DNA of 64,000 bases from an uncultured Bifidobacterium sp. (GCA_964491875.1 CAZBIC010000018.1:37798-101797), one strand, 5' to 3'; positions 24,889 to 34,516 are shown, counted from the first letter of the stretch. Notes: generated from the letters alone by a model not told the origin. Made by a program: numbers and translations.

Positions 24889-26715
24889 TTGAAAGCCTTG
24901 AACCAGACCTTCCGGCCTGCCCGACGGGTGGGCTTTTGGTGTCCTTGGTTTGTGGTGTGGATGACCTGCTTCTTTGGGCTGTTCGAGGCGAACGTCTCCG
25001 CGGACGGATCGGCACCGCGTTTGTTCAGTGAGGAGTCCTGCGAGATGGCTGGAATCGCAGCCTTTCCCGCGAATGCCAGTGGCGCGAACTCCCGCATGGG
25101 GCGGCTGAATCCCGCCGCGTTGTGGTTCCTGGAAACTTCGACACAGGTGCTCCCGGTGCGCTTGACGATCAACCTACCGCACGGCGTGAGTTTCGAGGCG
25201 AAAATCGATCGCATCACTCGGTTCGAACTGGGGCGGGTGGTTTGTCGCGGCGTGGTTCCGGATCGGCCGGGGAGTTATGTGTCGTTTGCGATTACGGGCG
25301 ATGCGTTGGTGGGATCGCTTTTCATTCCGGGCCTCGGCGTGTTTCAGATTCAGCACGCGGGCAATGGCTGGCAGCAGGTCGCCGGGGTGAACGGAAGCTC
25401 GTTGCCCTCGTGCGCGACGCGGGGTCGATCTCATCGGCCCGAAGCCACGAGCAGTTTGGAGGAACCCGTTTTTCAGGCGGCGAGTGCCGGTGGATCTGTT
25501 TCGAATGCCGTCATCGACCTCATGGTCGTCTACACGGCGGCCGCCCGGGAGGGAGCGGGTGGAACGAACGGAATCCTCGCCTTGATTGATGCCGCAGTCG
25601 TGGAGGCGAACCTGGCTTTTGAGAACAGCGCGGTGCGGGCCGAATTGCGGTTGGTGCATCGCGCCGAGGTGAACTACCGGGAAACTGGTTCCATCAGCGA
25701 GGATTTGGATCATCTGGAGGATCCCGATGAGGACAGTCCGCTGATGCGCGTGCATCAACTGCGGGGTGAACATCGGGCCGACGTTGTTTGCATGATCACT
25801 GAAACGACGGGCGGACCCTACGGCTTGGCGAACCAGATGCGCGAGTTGGAGACGGAGTTCGGCGAGAAGGCGTTCAGCATCGTGCAGCGGCAGTTCGCCA
25901 TTTCGTACCAGGCGCTCGCGCACGAGATCGGACACAACATGGGCTGCCAGCATGATCGCGCGACCAGCCCCGCGGGTGGCATTTATGATGATTCCCATGC
26001 GCACCGTTTCGAAGTGGATGGAGTGCTCTATCACACCGTGATGGCGTATCAGCCGGGTCTGCCGATTCCGTATTTCTCAAACCCCAATGTGTCCTTCCTC
26101 GGAGTGCAGACTGGGATCGCGGAACCGGCAACGAACTCCGCGAACAATGCGCGCACCCTCAATCGTTCCGCTACGACGGTGGCTAGATTCGATTCGGTAA
26201 TTCGGGCGGGCCTGCCGCCTAAAGTTACGTTGGTGAGTCCGACCAATGGCGCGGCGTTCGTGGTACCGGCCGTGATCGAGATTTCCGGCGAGGCTAGCGA
26301 TGCCGACGGACGTGTGGCGGAGGTGGAGTTTTATGTGAACGGAGTTCAGGTCGCATCGCGGACTGCGCCGCCATTCTCGATTCGGTGGACCAACAGTGTT
26401 CCGGGGGTTTACTCGATCCGGTTGGAGGCACGGGATGATTCGGGGTGGGAAGTTTTCAGTCCGCGCGCAACGGTGACTTTGTTGAACCCCGGGCCTTCGA
26501 TCGATGTCAGCGCGAGCCGGAGAACGTCCAGCGGCAGCTTTCTCGTTCGCGTTCGCGGCGTGGATGGACAGGCGTTTCGCCTCGAATCTTCGGGCAATTT
26601 GGTCGACTGGTCGCTGCTGGTCACAGACAGCCTGCTGGGCGACTTCTTCGACTTCGACGATCTTTCCGCGAGCAGCCTTCCGTTGCGTTTCTATCGCGTG
26701 CTGCCGATTCCGTGA
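24889..26715 (+). CDS. Secreted reprolysin-like (metzincin) zinc metalloprotease with an Ig-like domain and a C-terminal FYRL-type domain
   Basis: It has HEIGHNMGCQHD (HExxHxxGxxHD) and the Ig-like segment PKVTLVSPTNGAAF...EVEFYVNG. It ends in ...LRFYRVLPIP. The called start is a TTG, so the exact start is uncertain. Confidence 0.8.
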   Translation: MKALNQTFRPARRVGFWCPWFVVWMTCFFGLFEANVSADGSAPRLFSEESCEMAGIAAFPANASGANSRMGRLNPAALWFLETSTQVLPVRLTINLPHGVSFEAKIDRITRFELGRVVCRGVVPDRPGSYVSFAITGDALVGSLFIPGLGVFQIQHAGNGWQQVAGVNGSSLPSCATRGRSHRPEATSSLEEPVFQAASAGGSVSNAVIDLMVVYTAAAREGAGGTNGILALIDAAVVEANLAFENSAVRAELRLVHRAEVNYRETGSISEDLDHLEDPDEDSPLMRVHQLRGEHRADVVCMITETTGGPYGLANQMRELETEFGEKAFSIVQRQFAISYQALAHEIGHNMGCQHDRATSPAGGIYDDSHAHRFEVDGVLYHTVMAYQPGLPIPYFSNPNVSFLGVQTGIAEPATNSANNARTLNRSATTVARFDSVIRAGLPPKVTLVSPTNGAAFVVPAVIEISGEASDADGRVAEVEFYVNGVQVASRTAPPFSIRWTNSVPGVYSIRLEARDDSGWEVFSPRATVTLLNPGPSIDVSASRRTSSGSFLVRVRGVDGQAFRLESSGNLVDWSLLVTDSLLGDFFDFDDLSASSLPLRFYRVLPIP

Positions 26716-26729
26716 ACGGAGGCGTGCGG

Positions 26730-27758
26730 TTACGGCGACAGTGAAACCCGGTAAAATCTCCTCGGCTCCGTGGCGACGGCTGAATCCGCGAAGCGCAGCA
26801 ATCCATCCACTACTTGATTCGTGCTCAAGGCGACCCATCGGGCCAGGTCGCTGCTGCACCAGATGACGTAGTTGGTTTGCACTGGGCCGGACGCTTCGAA
26901 TTGGAACGCTCCTTGCCCATATCCTCCGCCGGTGAGTCGGAGTTCCACGGTCAGTGGCTCCCGAATGGTCAGTCGTGCAACGGCGCTGGTGACGCTGCCG
27001 AACTGGTTGCTGGCGACCAGACGGTACCGGCCGGCGTCCGGTGGCTGCACGTCGGTGAAAGAGAGGGAAGCATTGGTGGCCGCCGTCAGCGGCAGGTCGT
27101 TTTGTTCCCAGCGAAAATGGATCGGCGGAGTCCCGATGACCTCGGCGGCAAACGCCGCGCTGCCACCTACCAGGACGGATTGATCCTGCGGCTGTGTCTC
27201 GAACACGGGCGGAGAGCTGGGCGGGTAAATCGTGATGATGGCCTCGGCCGTGGCCGGTATCGCATAGCTCAGATTACCCGCGACAAGAGTCACACTGTAA
27301 CGCCCGGCTCGCAGTGGGATTCCGGAGAGATAACCCGCCGCGCCAATGTTGGTGTTGATCGTGAGCCCTGGGGGAAGGGGAGTGCAGTTGAAGTAGTTCT
27401 TGTCGAAATCGGAGCCGGGATTGCTGACGCTGATCCGGTAGCGGAAGGACTGTCCCATCGGCTCGGCGACATCGAAGGTGGGCGTGCCGACCGGGGTGGT
27501 TCCGGAGTACTTCACCAAACCGCTGACTCCAGCGGAAGCCCCGGAGACCGCATCGTAGCCGCCCAACAGCGCGATCGCTCCGGCCAGCCAGGTGGAAACC
27601 AGCGCCCACGCCGAGGGAGCAGCGGTGACGCTTACGGAGGCAACCCGGCTGAGTGGCGCCAGCTGTAACAGGGCTGCGAGGATTAGAGACGCCGTCTTCA
27701 AGGCAATTTCAGTCTGGAGGATTGCAGCTTCATTTCGACTCGGATCTTGGCATTTCAA
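26730..27758 (-). CDS. Surface protein paralog: conserved N-terminal module, He_PIG, one I-set Ig and a C-terminal FYRL-type domain
   Basis: ...LILAALLQLAPLSRVA...ALVSTWLAGAIALLGGYDAVSGAS. Other motifs are LPPGLTINTNIGAAGYLSGIPLRAGRYSVTLVAGN and IHFRWEQND...GRYRLVASN. It ends in ...RRFYRVSLSP. The TTG start overlaps the DUF4266 stop (TTGA). Confidence 0.75.
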   Translation of the reverse strand: MKCQDPSRNEAAILQTEIALKTASLILAALLQLAPLSRVASVSVTAAPSAWALVSTWLAGAIALLGGYDAVSGASAGVSGLVKYSGTTPVGTPTFDVAEPMGQSFRYRISVSNPGSDFDKNYFNCTPLPPGLTINTNIGAAGYLSGIPLRAGRYSVTLVAGNLSYAIPATAEAIITIYPPSSPPVFETQPQDQSVLVGGSAAFAAEVIGTPPIHFRWEQNDLPLTAATNASLSFTDVQPPDAGRYRLVASNQFGSVTSAVARLTIREPLTVELRLTGGGYGQGAFQFEASGPVQTNYVIWCSSDLARWVALSTNQVVDGLLRFADSAVATEPRRFYRVSLSP

Positions 27759-27973
27759 TTACATCCGCAGCCACCGCCGCCGACGCTGCGGCCGCCATTG
27801 GAGGCTTCGCGGGAGAACCAGATGTGTTCGCGGAGGGTGAGCGTGGTGGGATCACGATCCGGCCGCATCGAGTAGTGCGCCAGGGCATCACGGTCCCACG
27901 GCTTCACGTTGACACAGCCGGCACCGGCACCCACCAGGACGATGAGGTTCAAGAGCAGCAGGAATTGTTTCAT
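27755..27973 (-). CDS. DUF4266 lipoprotein (second copy)
   Basis: This is a 72-aa protein with the lipobox GAGAGC and a C-terminal GGGGCGCN. Confidence 0.8.
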   Translation of the reverse strand: MKQFLLLLNLIVLVGAGAGCVNVKPWDRDALAHYSMRPDRDPTTLTLREHIWFSREASNGGRSVGGGGCGCN

Positions 27974-28509
27974 GGCTTCTTGGGGACGTGTTTCTCAAGC
28001 AGGTCCTCGACATGCCGGACAAACATGGCTCGGTTCTGCATGGTGCGCTCGCCGCTCTGGATGGAGACCACTTTGCCGTGGCCGTCGAGAATGTAGGAGG
28101 CGGGCAGGAGCGCGACATTGACGGTCGCCGCGAGCTTCTTTTTCGCATCGCGGACGACGGTGAAGCTGACCGGGTGCTGGCGGAGGAATTCGGTCATGGC
28201 CACGCGGCTTTTGTCCTCGTTTACGGCGATGATTACGAGCCCGCGTTTGCCCAGTCGCTTGTGCATATCTTCCATCATCGGGAACGTCCCGCGGCAAGGA
28301 CCGCACCAGCTTGCCCAGAAGTCGACGATGACGAGTTTGCCTTTCAAATCGGCGGGCAGAGTTCCTTCGAGGCCGAAATCCGCCAGAGCCGGAAAAGTAT
28401 CGCCCACTTTGATCGCGGGTTCGTCAGCCGCTGGAGCCGGCGTCGCTTGGACCATCGCAGTCGCGGTCAGCGCGATGAGCAGTTTAGTCCAGGTGCGATG
28501 GAGGTTCAT
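27970..28509 (-). CDS. TlpA-family thiol-disulfide oxidoreductase (second copy)
   Basis: It has a signal peptide and the motif LVIVDFWASWCGPC. Confidence 0.85.
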   Translation of the reverse strand: MNLHRTWTKLLIALTATAMVQATPAPAADEPAIKVGDTFPALADFGLEGTLPADLKGKLVIVDFWASWCGPCRGTFPMMEDMHKRLGKRGLVIIAVNEDKSRVAMTEFLRQHPVSFTVVRDAKKKLAATVNVALLPASYILDGHGKVVSIQSGERTMQNRAMFVRHVEDLLEKHVPKKP

Positions 28510-28521
28510 GGTGGAATGGGT

Positions 28522-29703
28522 TTAGTAGTGGAACCGCAGTCCAACGGTGTAGACGTGAGCCTGGGCAAAGCTGCTTTGTGGAGTGCCGTCGTCCAGGCCG
28601 CGCATTGCGTAACGCTTGTAGGCGGCGTCGATGAAGAACTGCTCGCCGAGTTTCACAGTCAATCCCACTCCGCAGGTCCACGATTGCAGCTCGGAGAGCC
28701 GGTAGTCGGCGGAGTAGAATTGTGGAATCGGAACCAGCGGTGGGTTTTCGGTATCCGACGGATCGGCGTCGAAGCTGCGCCGGTAGAAGTAAGCTTCGGA
28801 CTGACGGTAGTAGCGAATGAGCGGCGAGACGGTCACCCGGCGGCCGATGGATTGAAACCATTCGAACGTCAGCGTGTGGCCGAACAGTCCGTGCGAATCA
28901 TGGTAGAAGCGGTAGGTGAATTCGGCGCTGGCGTCGATGGGCTCAAAGAACTGGGTGAGTGTTGTGGAAAGGATCTGCTTGGTGCGATGTCCGGGACGTT
29001 TCTCTGGAAAAAGCGCGTTCGGATCGGGATAACCGGTGAAGCGGAATCCTTTGTAGGGATCAGAGAGGTAACCGTTGGCGGTGCCGAGGGTGAGGGTCGC
29101 GTTGAACAGGGTGGTTGGCGTGAGCACCTGACTCAATCCGAAGAGAAGGTCGCTGGTTTCCTTGTGCTCGGTGCGGCTGCCGAGTTGAAAGCCCTTCACC
29201 TGATCAAAGTTGTGGGCGACTCCGAGATTCAGCGTCGTGTTGCGCTTGTTGAAATCGACGACGTAGTTGAGCGACAGGCCAAGGGATTTGTAGTCCTCCT
29301 CATCGCTGTAGGCGATCTGCGGCGCGACGGTGTGTCGCCCGAGCTTGAAACGCGGTTCCAGCGCGACGGCGCGGCGGATGTCATCGATCTCGGTGGTTGG
29401 CACGGCCGAACTGCCCGCGGGGGGCGGTGCGCCGGTGGGAGTGGCACCGGAGATCCCGTCGTAGACCAGCGAACCTTTCAGCATCACGGCGGGCGCAATC
29501 TTTTGGTCGAACAAGGCCGAGTGGGTGTGGACGAGAATGCGGTCGGAATCCTCCGTGTAGAGCTCGTACTTGTAATCGATGTGGTTCTGCGCGCCGGAGG
29601 GAGAACGACCTGCTAGTGAGATGGCGAGCCCGGCCAGCAACGCCTTCAGCGAGCGCGTGCGCCGCCGGGCGTCGTCAGGGATGGCTTGGGGGCAGATGCT
29701 CAT
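28522..29703 (-). CDS. DUF3570 protein (second copy) with a DGISGAT motif
   Basis: HIDYKYELYTEDSDRILV...SLVYDGISGATPTGAPPP. It ends in ...GLRFHY. DGISGAT is encoded at 29440-29460. Confidence 0.8.
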   Translation of the reverse strand: MSICPQAIPDDARRRTRSLKALLAGLAISLAGRSPSGAQNHIDYKYELYTEDSDRILVHTHSALFDQKIAPAVMLKGSLVYDGISGATPTGAPPPAGSSAVPTTEIDDIRRAVALEPRFKLGRHTVAPQIAYSDEEDYKSLGLSLNYVVDFNKRNTTLNLGVAHNFDQVKGFQLGSRTEHKETSDLLFGLSQVLTPTTLFNATLTLGTANGYLSDPYKGFRFTGYPDPNALFPEKRPGHRTKQILSTTLTQFFEPIDASAEFTYRFYHDSHGLFGHTLTFEWFQSIGRRVTVSPLIRYYRQSEAYFYRRSFDADPSDTENPPLVPIPQFYSADYRLSELQSWTCGVGLTVKLGEQFFIDAAYKRYAMRGLDDGTPQSSFAQAHVYTVGLRFHY

Positions 29704-29711
29704 TCGTCGTG

Positions 29712-30803
29712 CTAGATCCCCGCGCCGATTGAGTTCATCGGCTTGTCCTTGGCGGTTCTTTCCGAACGTTGATGGGTGGAGGGAAACAGCAGACAGCTCG
29801 CATGGATTCGACGTCCATGGTGCTGGCGAAATTTCATGGAGGGCTGGCGGCCCACCAGTGCCCGCACGACCCGCAAGCCGAGGCCAAGCGTGAGCTCGCT
29901 TGCCGTGGGGGATGAACGAACCACGTTCATCGTCATGAAATCCACGTGCTTGCCTCGACGCAGAAGCCGGACGTGGATCGTTCCGCGCCCGTGGATCAGG
30001 GCGTTGTTGAAGAGTGCGTGGAGAATCTGCTTGCAGTACTTGCCATCCGTCCCGACCACGCAGCCTGGTTCACACGTGAACTGAATCTGGCGGTCCTGCG
30101 CGTGAGCGAGCAGTTCGAAATCCTTCACCAGCTCGCCCACGAGTTCGGAAAGATCCACGTTGTCGTTTCTCCAGACGAGCCGGCCCTGACCCGCCTTCGC
30201 AATGAGCAGCGACTGCTCGACGACGTGATTGAGCCGGAGCAGTTCCTCCTGCAAATCCTCCGCCATATCGGGATCGATCTTGCCCTGGGCTTGCTCGACT
30301 TTGTGGCGGAGAATCGTGATCGGGGTGCGGAGCTCATGCGCGACCTTGGCCGCGTATTCGCTCATTTCGAGGAACGATCGCTCCAGTCGGGCCAGCATGT
30401 CATTCAAATGCCGGCTCAAACTGCGGAACTGCTCGTCACCCTCCGGCAGGTCGACGATTCGGCCGAGGGTTCCCGGATTGATGGCTTGCAGCTGACGATT
30501 GAGATTCTCGATCGGTCGCAGAGACTGGCGCGCGATGTAGTAGCCCAGCGCGCTGATGAGGACGACCAGCGGGACGGAGACCAGGAGTGACGAGCGGAGC
30601 ATTTCGCCCATGATGTTTTCCACCTCCTCCTCGGTATAGCTGCCATGCAGGATCCAGTTGGGATTGATTTTGTTTTCCCGCTCGAAGGAGTCCTTGCGCA
30701 GCTCCAGATCCAGACGCCGGTAGGTGAAAGTGATGTGGATCACCGTCACCGCCACGAAGCCGAGCGTGAACCAGAGGGTGAGCCGGGTGCGCAGCGATTT
30801 CAT
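29712..30803 (-). CDS. Sensor histidine kinase (two TM segments, short periplasmic loop, HAMP, HisKA, HATPase)
   Basis: It has the H-box VAHELRTPITIL and the ATPase motifs ALFNNALIHG and GLGLRVV. It overlaps the response regulator gene by 4 nt. Confidence 0.85.
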   Translation of the reverse strand: MKSLRTRLTLWFTLGFVAVTVIHITFTYRRLDLELRKDSFERENKINPNWILHGSYTEEEVENIMGEMLRSSLLVSVPLVVLISALGYYIARQSLRPIENLNRQLQAINPGTLGRIVDLPEGDEQFRSLSRHLNDMLARLERSFLEMSEYAAKVAHELRTPITILRHKVEQAQGKIDPDMAEDLQEELLRLNHVVEQSLLIAKAGQGRLVWRNDNVDLSELVGELVKDFELLAHAQDRQIQFTCEPGCVVGTDGKYCKQILHALFNNALIHGRGTIHVRLLRRGKHVDFMTMNVVRSSPTASELTLGLGLRVVRALVGRQPSMKFRQHHGRRIHASCLLFPSTHQRSERTAKDKPMNSIGAGI

Positions 30804-31474
30804 TGTTCATCGGTCAGGGCAAACCCGACTCCGCGCACGGTGTGAAGCAACGGTTTGCTGCCCGGCACGTCGATCTTGTTGCGCAGGTAATTGACGTAAA
30901 CGTTCACGACGTTGGTCTGGGAATCGAAGTGCTGATCCCAGACGTGTTCTACAATCGCCATCTTGCTGACCGGCTTGGGCGAATTCACGAGAAGGAACTC
31001 CAGCAAGGCAAACTCGCGATTCGTCAGCACGATGTCCTGTCCTCCGCGGCGGACCTTCCGCGACAGCACGTCCATTTCGAGATCGGCCAGGCGCAGAGTG
31101 TTCGAAGCCTGCGGCCGTTGCCGTCGCAGAGTCGCGCGAAGCCGGGCGAGAAGTTCCGCCAGTGAGAATGGTTTGGGGAGGTAGTCGTCGCCGCCCGCAT
31201 CCAGGCCGCGAACGCGATCTTCGACTTCGCCGCGCGCGGTGACGAAGATGACTGGCGTGAGGATGCCTTTCTTCCGGAGATGGCGCACCACGCTGAAGCC
31301 GTCCTTCGCGGGCATCATCACGTCCAGCACGAGGGCATCGTATGGATTCGTCTCGGCGAGCCAAGTCGCTTCGTCGCCGTCGGACGCCAGATCCACGGCG
31401 TAGCCCTCGGCCTTGAGGCCCTGCACGAGAAGCCCCGCGGCTTTCGCGTCATCATCTGCCACGAGAATGCGCAT
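30800..31474 (-). CDS. OmpR-family response regulator, CusR/CopR-like
   Basis: MRILVADDD...YDALVLDVMMPAKDGF...FVTARGEVEDRVRGLDAGGDDYLPKPFSLAELLARL, plus a winged-helix segment LTNREFALLEFL. Confidence 0.85.
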   Translation of the reverse strand: MRILVADDDAKAAGLLVQGLKAEGYAVDLASDGDEATWLAETNPYDALVLDVMMPAKDGFSVVRHLRKKGILTPVIFVTARGEVEDRVRGLDAGGDDYLPKPFSLAELLARLRATLRRQRPQASNTLRLADLEMDVLSRKVRRGGQDIVLTNREFALLEFLLVNSPKPVSKMAIVEHVWDQHFDSQTNVVNVYVNYLRNKIDVPGSKPLLHTVRGVGFALTDEQ

Positions 31475-31760
31475 GTTGGTAGTTCGATTCTATTTCAGCA
31501 CTCCCGGAATCGGATAATGATACTCTGCTCATTTTGAACGCCGGAATCGCGTGAACTCCGTGAGGTGCGGTTCATTAGAGCAGAGGTTGATTGCGAATGG
31601 GTGGCTTCACTGCAAGTCCGGTTGGGGGGAGTTTGACCGATCCGCCGAACGGTCGTCTGGAAACTGGCGCGTGGAACACCGGCCATGGGAAAGGGCAGGG
31701 CGATGGCGATGAACATGGATTCATTTCACCTGATCCCCATGAAGAGGAAATGAAGCTTAA

Positions 31761-31776
31761 ATGACATTCCTGTCAT
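31761..31776. promoter_or_regulatory. CusR/CopR-type palindromic box ATGACA-N4-TGTCAT
   Basis: The sequence is ATGACATTCCTGTCAT, a perfect inverted repeat flanked by an AAA on the 5' side. It lies 113 nt upstream of the 31889 start and 287 nt upstream of the divergent response regulator start. It resembles the E. coli CusR box AAAATGACAANNTTGTCATTTT. Confidence 0.5.
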
Positions 31777-31888
31777 CGGACCTAGTCCGGTCGAACCCGC
31801 CAGCCAAGCCTTTCGCCTGACCCGGACCAGTTCCGGGGCTTGCGGCGGACTTGACCGGAACGGGAATGGATCTTCACTCTGCTCGCGA

Positions 31889-33658
31889 TTGAAAACCCGC
31901 GCCCGACATCTTGGCTTCGCTCTACTTGTCGTCGTTGCTCCATGCAGTTTGGAGACGGAAGCTTTCGCTCAGGCTCCCGCGCGACCGCTGAAGCCGGACG
32001 CGTATCGCAGGCACGCGTTGACGCGCGAAGGTGATGTTTCCCGAGGCGCAAAGCTTTTCTCTGACGATCAGCGACTTGCCTGCGCGCAGTGTCATTCCGT
32101 GGACGGTAGCGCCAGCAAAGCCGGCCCGGATCTATTCGCGGTGGGCGACAAGTTCGGGCGCCGTGATTTGGTGGATGCGGTGCTGCTGCCGTCGGCCACG
32201 ATCTCTCCCGGCTACGGGACGGTGATCGTGGAAACAAAATCCGGGGACGAACATCAAGGGATTCTAAAACAGGCGACGGGTGCCAGCGTGCAACTCATGG
32301 GTGCCGACGGCAAGCTGGTGACCATGGCCGCGGCCGAGATCAAGGAGCAGCGAGGCAGCACGCTCTCGCTCATGCCGGAAGGATTGCACGCCGGACTTTC
32401 ATTGCAGGAGTTCGCTGACCTTACGGAGTATCTGGCCTCGTTGCGTCAGCCAGAATCCGCGTTGGCCAGCGACCACGGCATGCCGAACGTGATTCCTCCT
32501 CTCGCCAAGCCGGTGATCGTGCGGCCGTTTTTCTCGCAGGAACTCAAGCTGCCGCGGCAGAAGGTGCAAACCGGCCTGACGGCGTTCCATCAGATCCCCG
32601 GGTCAAGCAATGTATTCCTCGTGCTGCATCAGAAGGGACGAATCTGGCGGATGGAGAAAACGCCCATGGGTGAAGACAAGTCCGTGTTTGCCGACCTCGA
32701 AAACGATGTCTTCTGCGAACGCGGGCCGAATGGATTGCAGGATCTGGCGTTTCATCCGAAGTTTCGCGAGAACCGCAAGTATTACCTCCAATACCAGGTG
32801 TTCGAGGACGGGAAAGTCGCCACGATCGTTGTCGAGAAAACTTTCGCCAAGGACTTCAGAACTGAGTCAGGCCAGGCTTCGCGACGCGTGCTGAAGATTG
32901 ACAGCGTGGCCGAGGATCACAGCGGCGGTTGTCTGCAATTCGGGCCGGACGGTTATCTTTACGTCGTCATGGGCGACACCGGTCCACACCACGATCCCAA
33001 CGGTCACGCCCAGAACCTTCAGCTTCTGCTGGGCAAACTGCTGCGGCTCGACGTGGATCGCACGGAGGGCGAGCTGGGCTACGCCGTTCCCAAAGACAAT
33101 CCGTTCGTAGGCCGGGCCGACGCGCGTCCGGAGATCTGGGCTTACGGACTCCGCAATCCCTGGCGCTTCAGCTTCGATCGTGCGACCGGCGATCTGTGGC
33201 TTGCTGATGTCGGACAAGATCGCGAGGAGGAAGTGGCCATCGTGCGTCGCGGTGAGAATCACGGATGGAATGTCTACGAAGGCTTCGAGCCCTTCTCCAA
33301 CCAATATCGCCAGGAAGGACGCGCCTTCACTCCGCCCATCTTCGCCTACAAACGGAAGTATGGAGTCTCGATCACGGGCGGCTTTGTTTATCGCGGTGAC
33401 AAAAAAAGTTCCTTCTACGGAGTGTACGTGTGTGGTGATTACGTCTCGAAGCGCATCTTCGGTGTCACCCAGGAGAACGGAAAACTGAAGGCGGCGCGCC
33501 AGATTGGTGAACTCCCGCAAGGGCTCGTGTCCTTCGGCACCGACGAAGCGGGCAATATCTACGCGGTAGGATACGAAGGAATGATCTACCGGCTGGATTT
33601 CACCGGGTCGGACTTTGATGAGGTCCGTGCTGAGCCAGCCGGAACTGTCGGCCGATGA
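31889..33658 (+). CDS. c-type heme domain fused to a PQQ-dependent (sorbosone/glucose dehydrogenase-B type) beta-propeller dehydrogenase
   Basis: It has a signal peptide. The heme site is CAQCH, in a Planctomycete/Verrucomicrobial-type heme-binding domain (...GPDL..VG.K...L..S.L.PS..I..GY). The propeller motifs are HSGGCLQFGPDGYLYVVMGDTG and NPWRFSFD. Confidence 0.8.
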   Translation: MKTRARHLGFALLVVVAPCSLETEAFAQAPARPLKPDAYRRHALTREGDVSRGAKLFSDDQRLACAQCHSVDGSASKAGPDLFAVGDKFGRRDLVDAVLLPSATISPGYGTVIVETKSGDEHQGILKQATGASVQLMGADGKLVTMAAAEIKEQRGSTLSLMPEGLHAGLSLQEFADLTEYLASLRQPESALASDHGMPNVIPPLAKPVIVRPFFSQELKLPRQKVQTGLTAFHQIPGSSNVFLVLHQKGRIWRMEKTPMGEDKSVFADLENDVFCERGPNGLQDLAFHPKFRENRKYYLQYQVFEDGKVATIVVEKTFAKDFRTESGQASRRVLKIDSVAEDHSGGCLQFGPDGYLYVVMGDTGPHHDPNGHAQNLQLLLGKLLRLDVDRTEGELGYAVPKDNPFVGRADARPEIWAYGLRNPWRFSFDRATGDLWLADVGQDREEEVAIVRRGENHGWNVYEGFEPFSNQYRQEGRAFTPPIFAYKRKYGVSITGGFVYRGDKKSSFYGVYVCGDYVSKRIFGVTQENGKLKAARQIGELPQGLVSFGTDEAGNIYAVGYEGMIYRLDFTGSDFDEVRAEPAGTVGR

Positions 33659-33955
33659 CGGTCGACGTTATTTGCCGACGCCGCTCGTGATTCGGCTCAC
33701 TCGTGAGGTTCCAGTTCCTGTACCTCTTGGGCAATGAACACAACCGTAGGATCGTCCGGTGTCGAAGTCTTGACGCCCGGCTTATCAGCATTGCGGGCGG
33801 CATCGTGAAGGAGTTCTTACGCAGGTGGCCAGAGTAGCCAGAGCAATCTCCAAAATCTTTCGTCTAAGAAAGAGTGGGCTGCGGTGTCAGATGGGATGAA
33901 ATGCCGTCAGATACGGGTAAATCGACCGAACGCGACACGCGACGCCTGACCCAGC

Positions 33956-34516
33956 ATGACTGTGCCTTGTCCTGATACTTCCAGCGCTGAGCCGCCGCGA
34001 GTCGAGACGATCGAAGAGTTGTTCGCCGCTCTCGAATCGCCCTTGTTGAGCTATGCCCTGCGGCTGCTCGGAGATCGGTCGCTGGCGGAGGATACCGTTC
34101 AGGAAGCCTTTATGAAACTCCATGTCCAGTTCGCCGAAGTCCGCGAGCCCAGGCACTGGCTCTATCGGACCGTTCATAACATGGCGCTCAATCACCGGCG
34201 TAAGTCCGGCAAGATTGTCCCGCTCGATCGGGCGGGCGGCGACGAGGGATCGCCGGGCTCCGTTGACGCCAGTGATCCATTGCCGTTGCCGGATGAACAG
34301 ATCGCGCGGTGGGAGGGCATCGGTCTGGTGCGGCTGAGTTTGCAATCGCTGGACGCGCGGAGCCGGAACTTGATCCGCCTGAAGTTTATCGACGAATTAT
34401 CCTACAAGGAAATCAGCAGCCGCACCGGCCTGTCCGTCACGCATGTGGGCTACCTGTTGCATCACGCGATTAAGGCCGTCGCGGCGGAGCTCGCAAAAAC
34501 CGGAGTTGTCCCATGA
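33956..34516 (+). CDS. ECF-type RNA polymerase sigma factor
   Basis: Region 2 is LRLLGDRSLAEDTVQEAFMKL...WLYRTVHNMALNHRRK. Region 4 is LIRLKFIDELSYKEISSRTGLSVTHVGYLLHHAIK. Confidence 0.85.
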   Translation: MTVPCPDTSSAEPPRVETIEELFAALESPLLSYALRLLGDRSLAEDTVQEAFMKLHVQFAEVREPRHWLYRTVHNMALNHRRKSGKIVPLDRAGGDEGSPGSVDASDPLPLPDEQIARWEGIGLVRLSLQSLDARSRNLIRLKFIDELSYKEISSRTGLSVTHVGYLLHHAIKAVAAELAKTGVVP

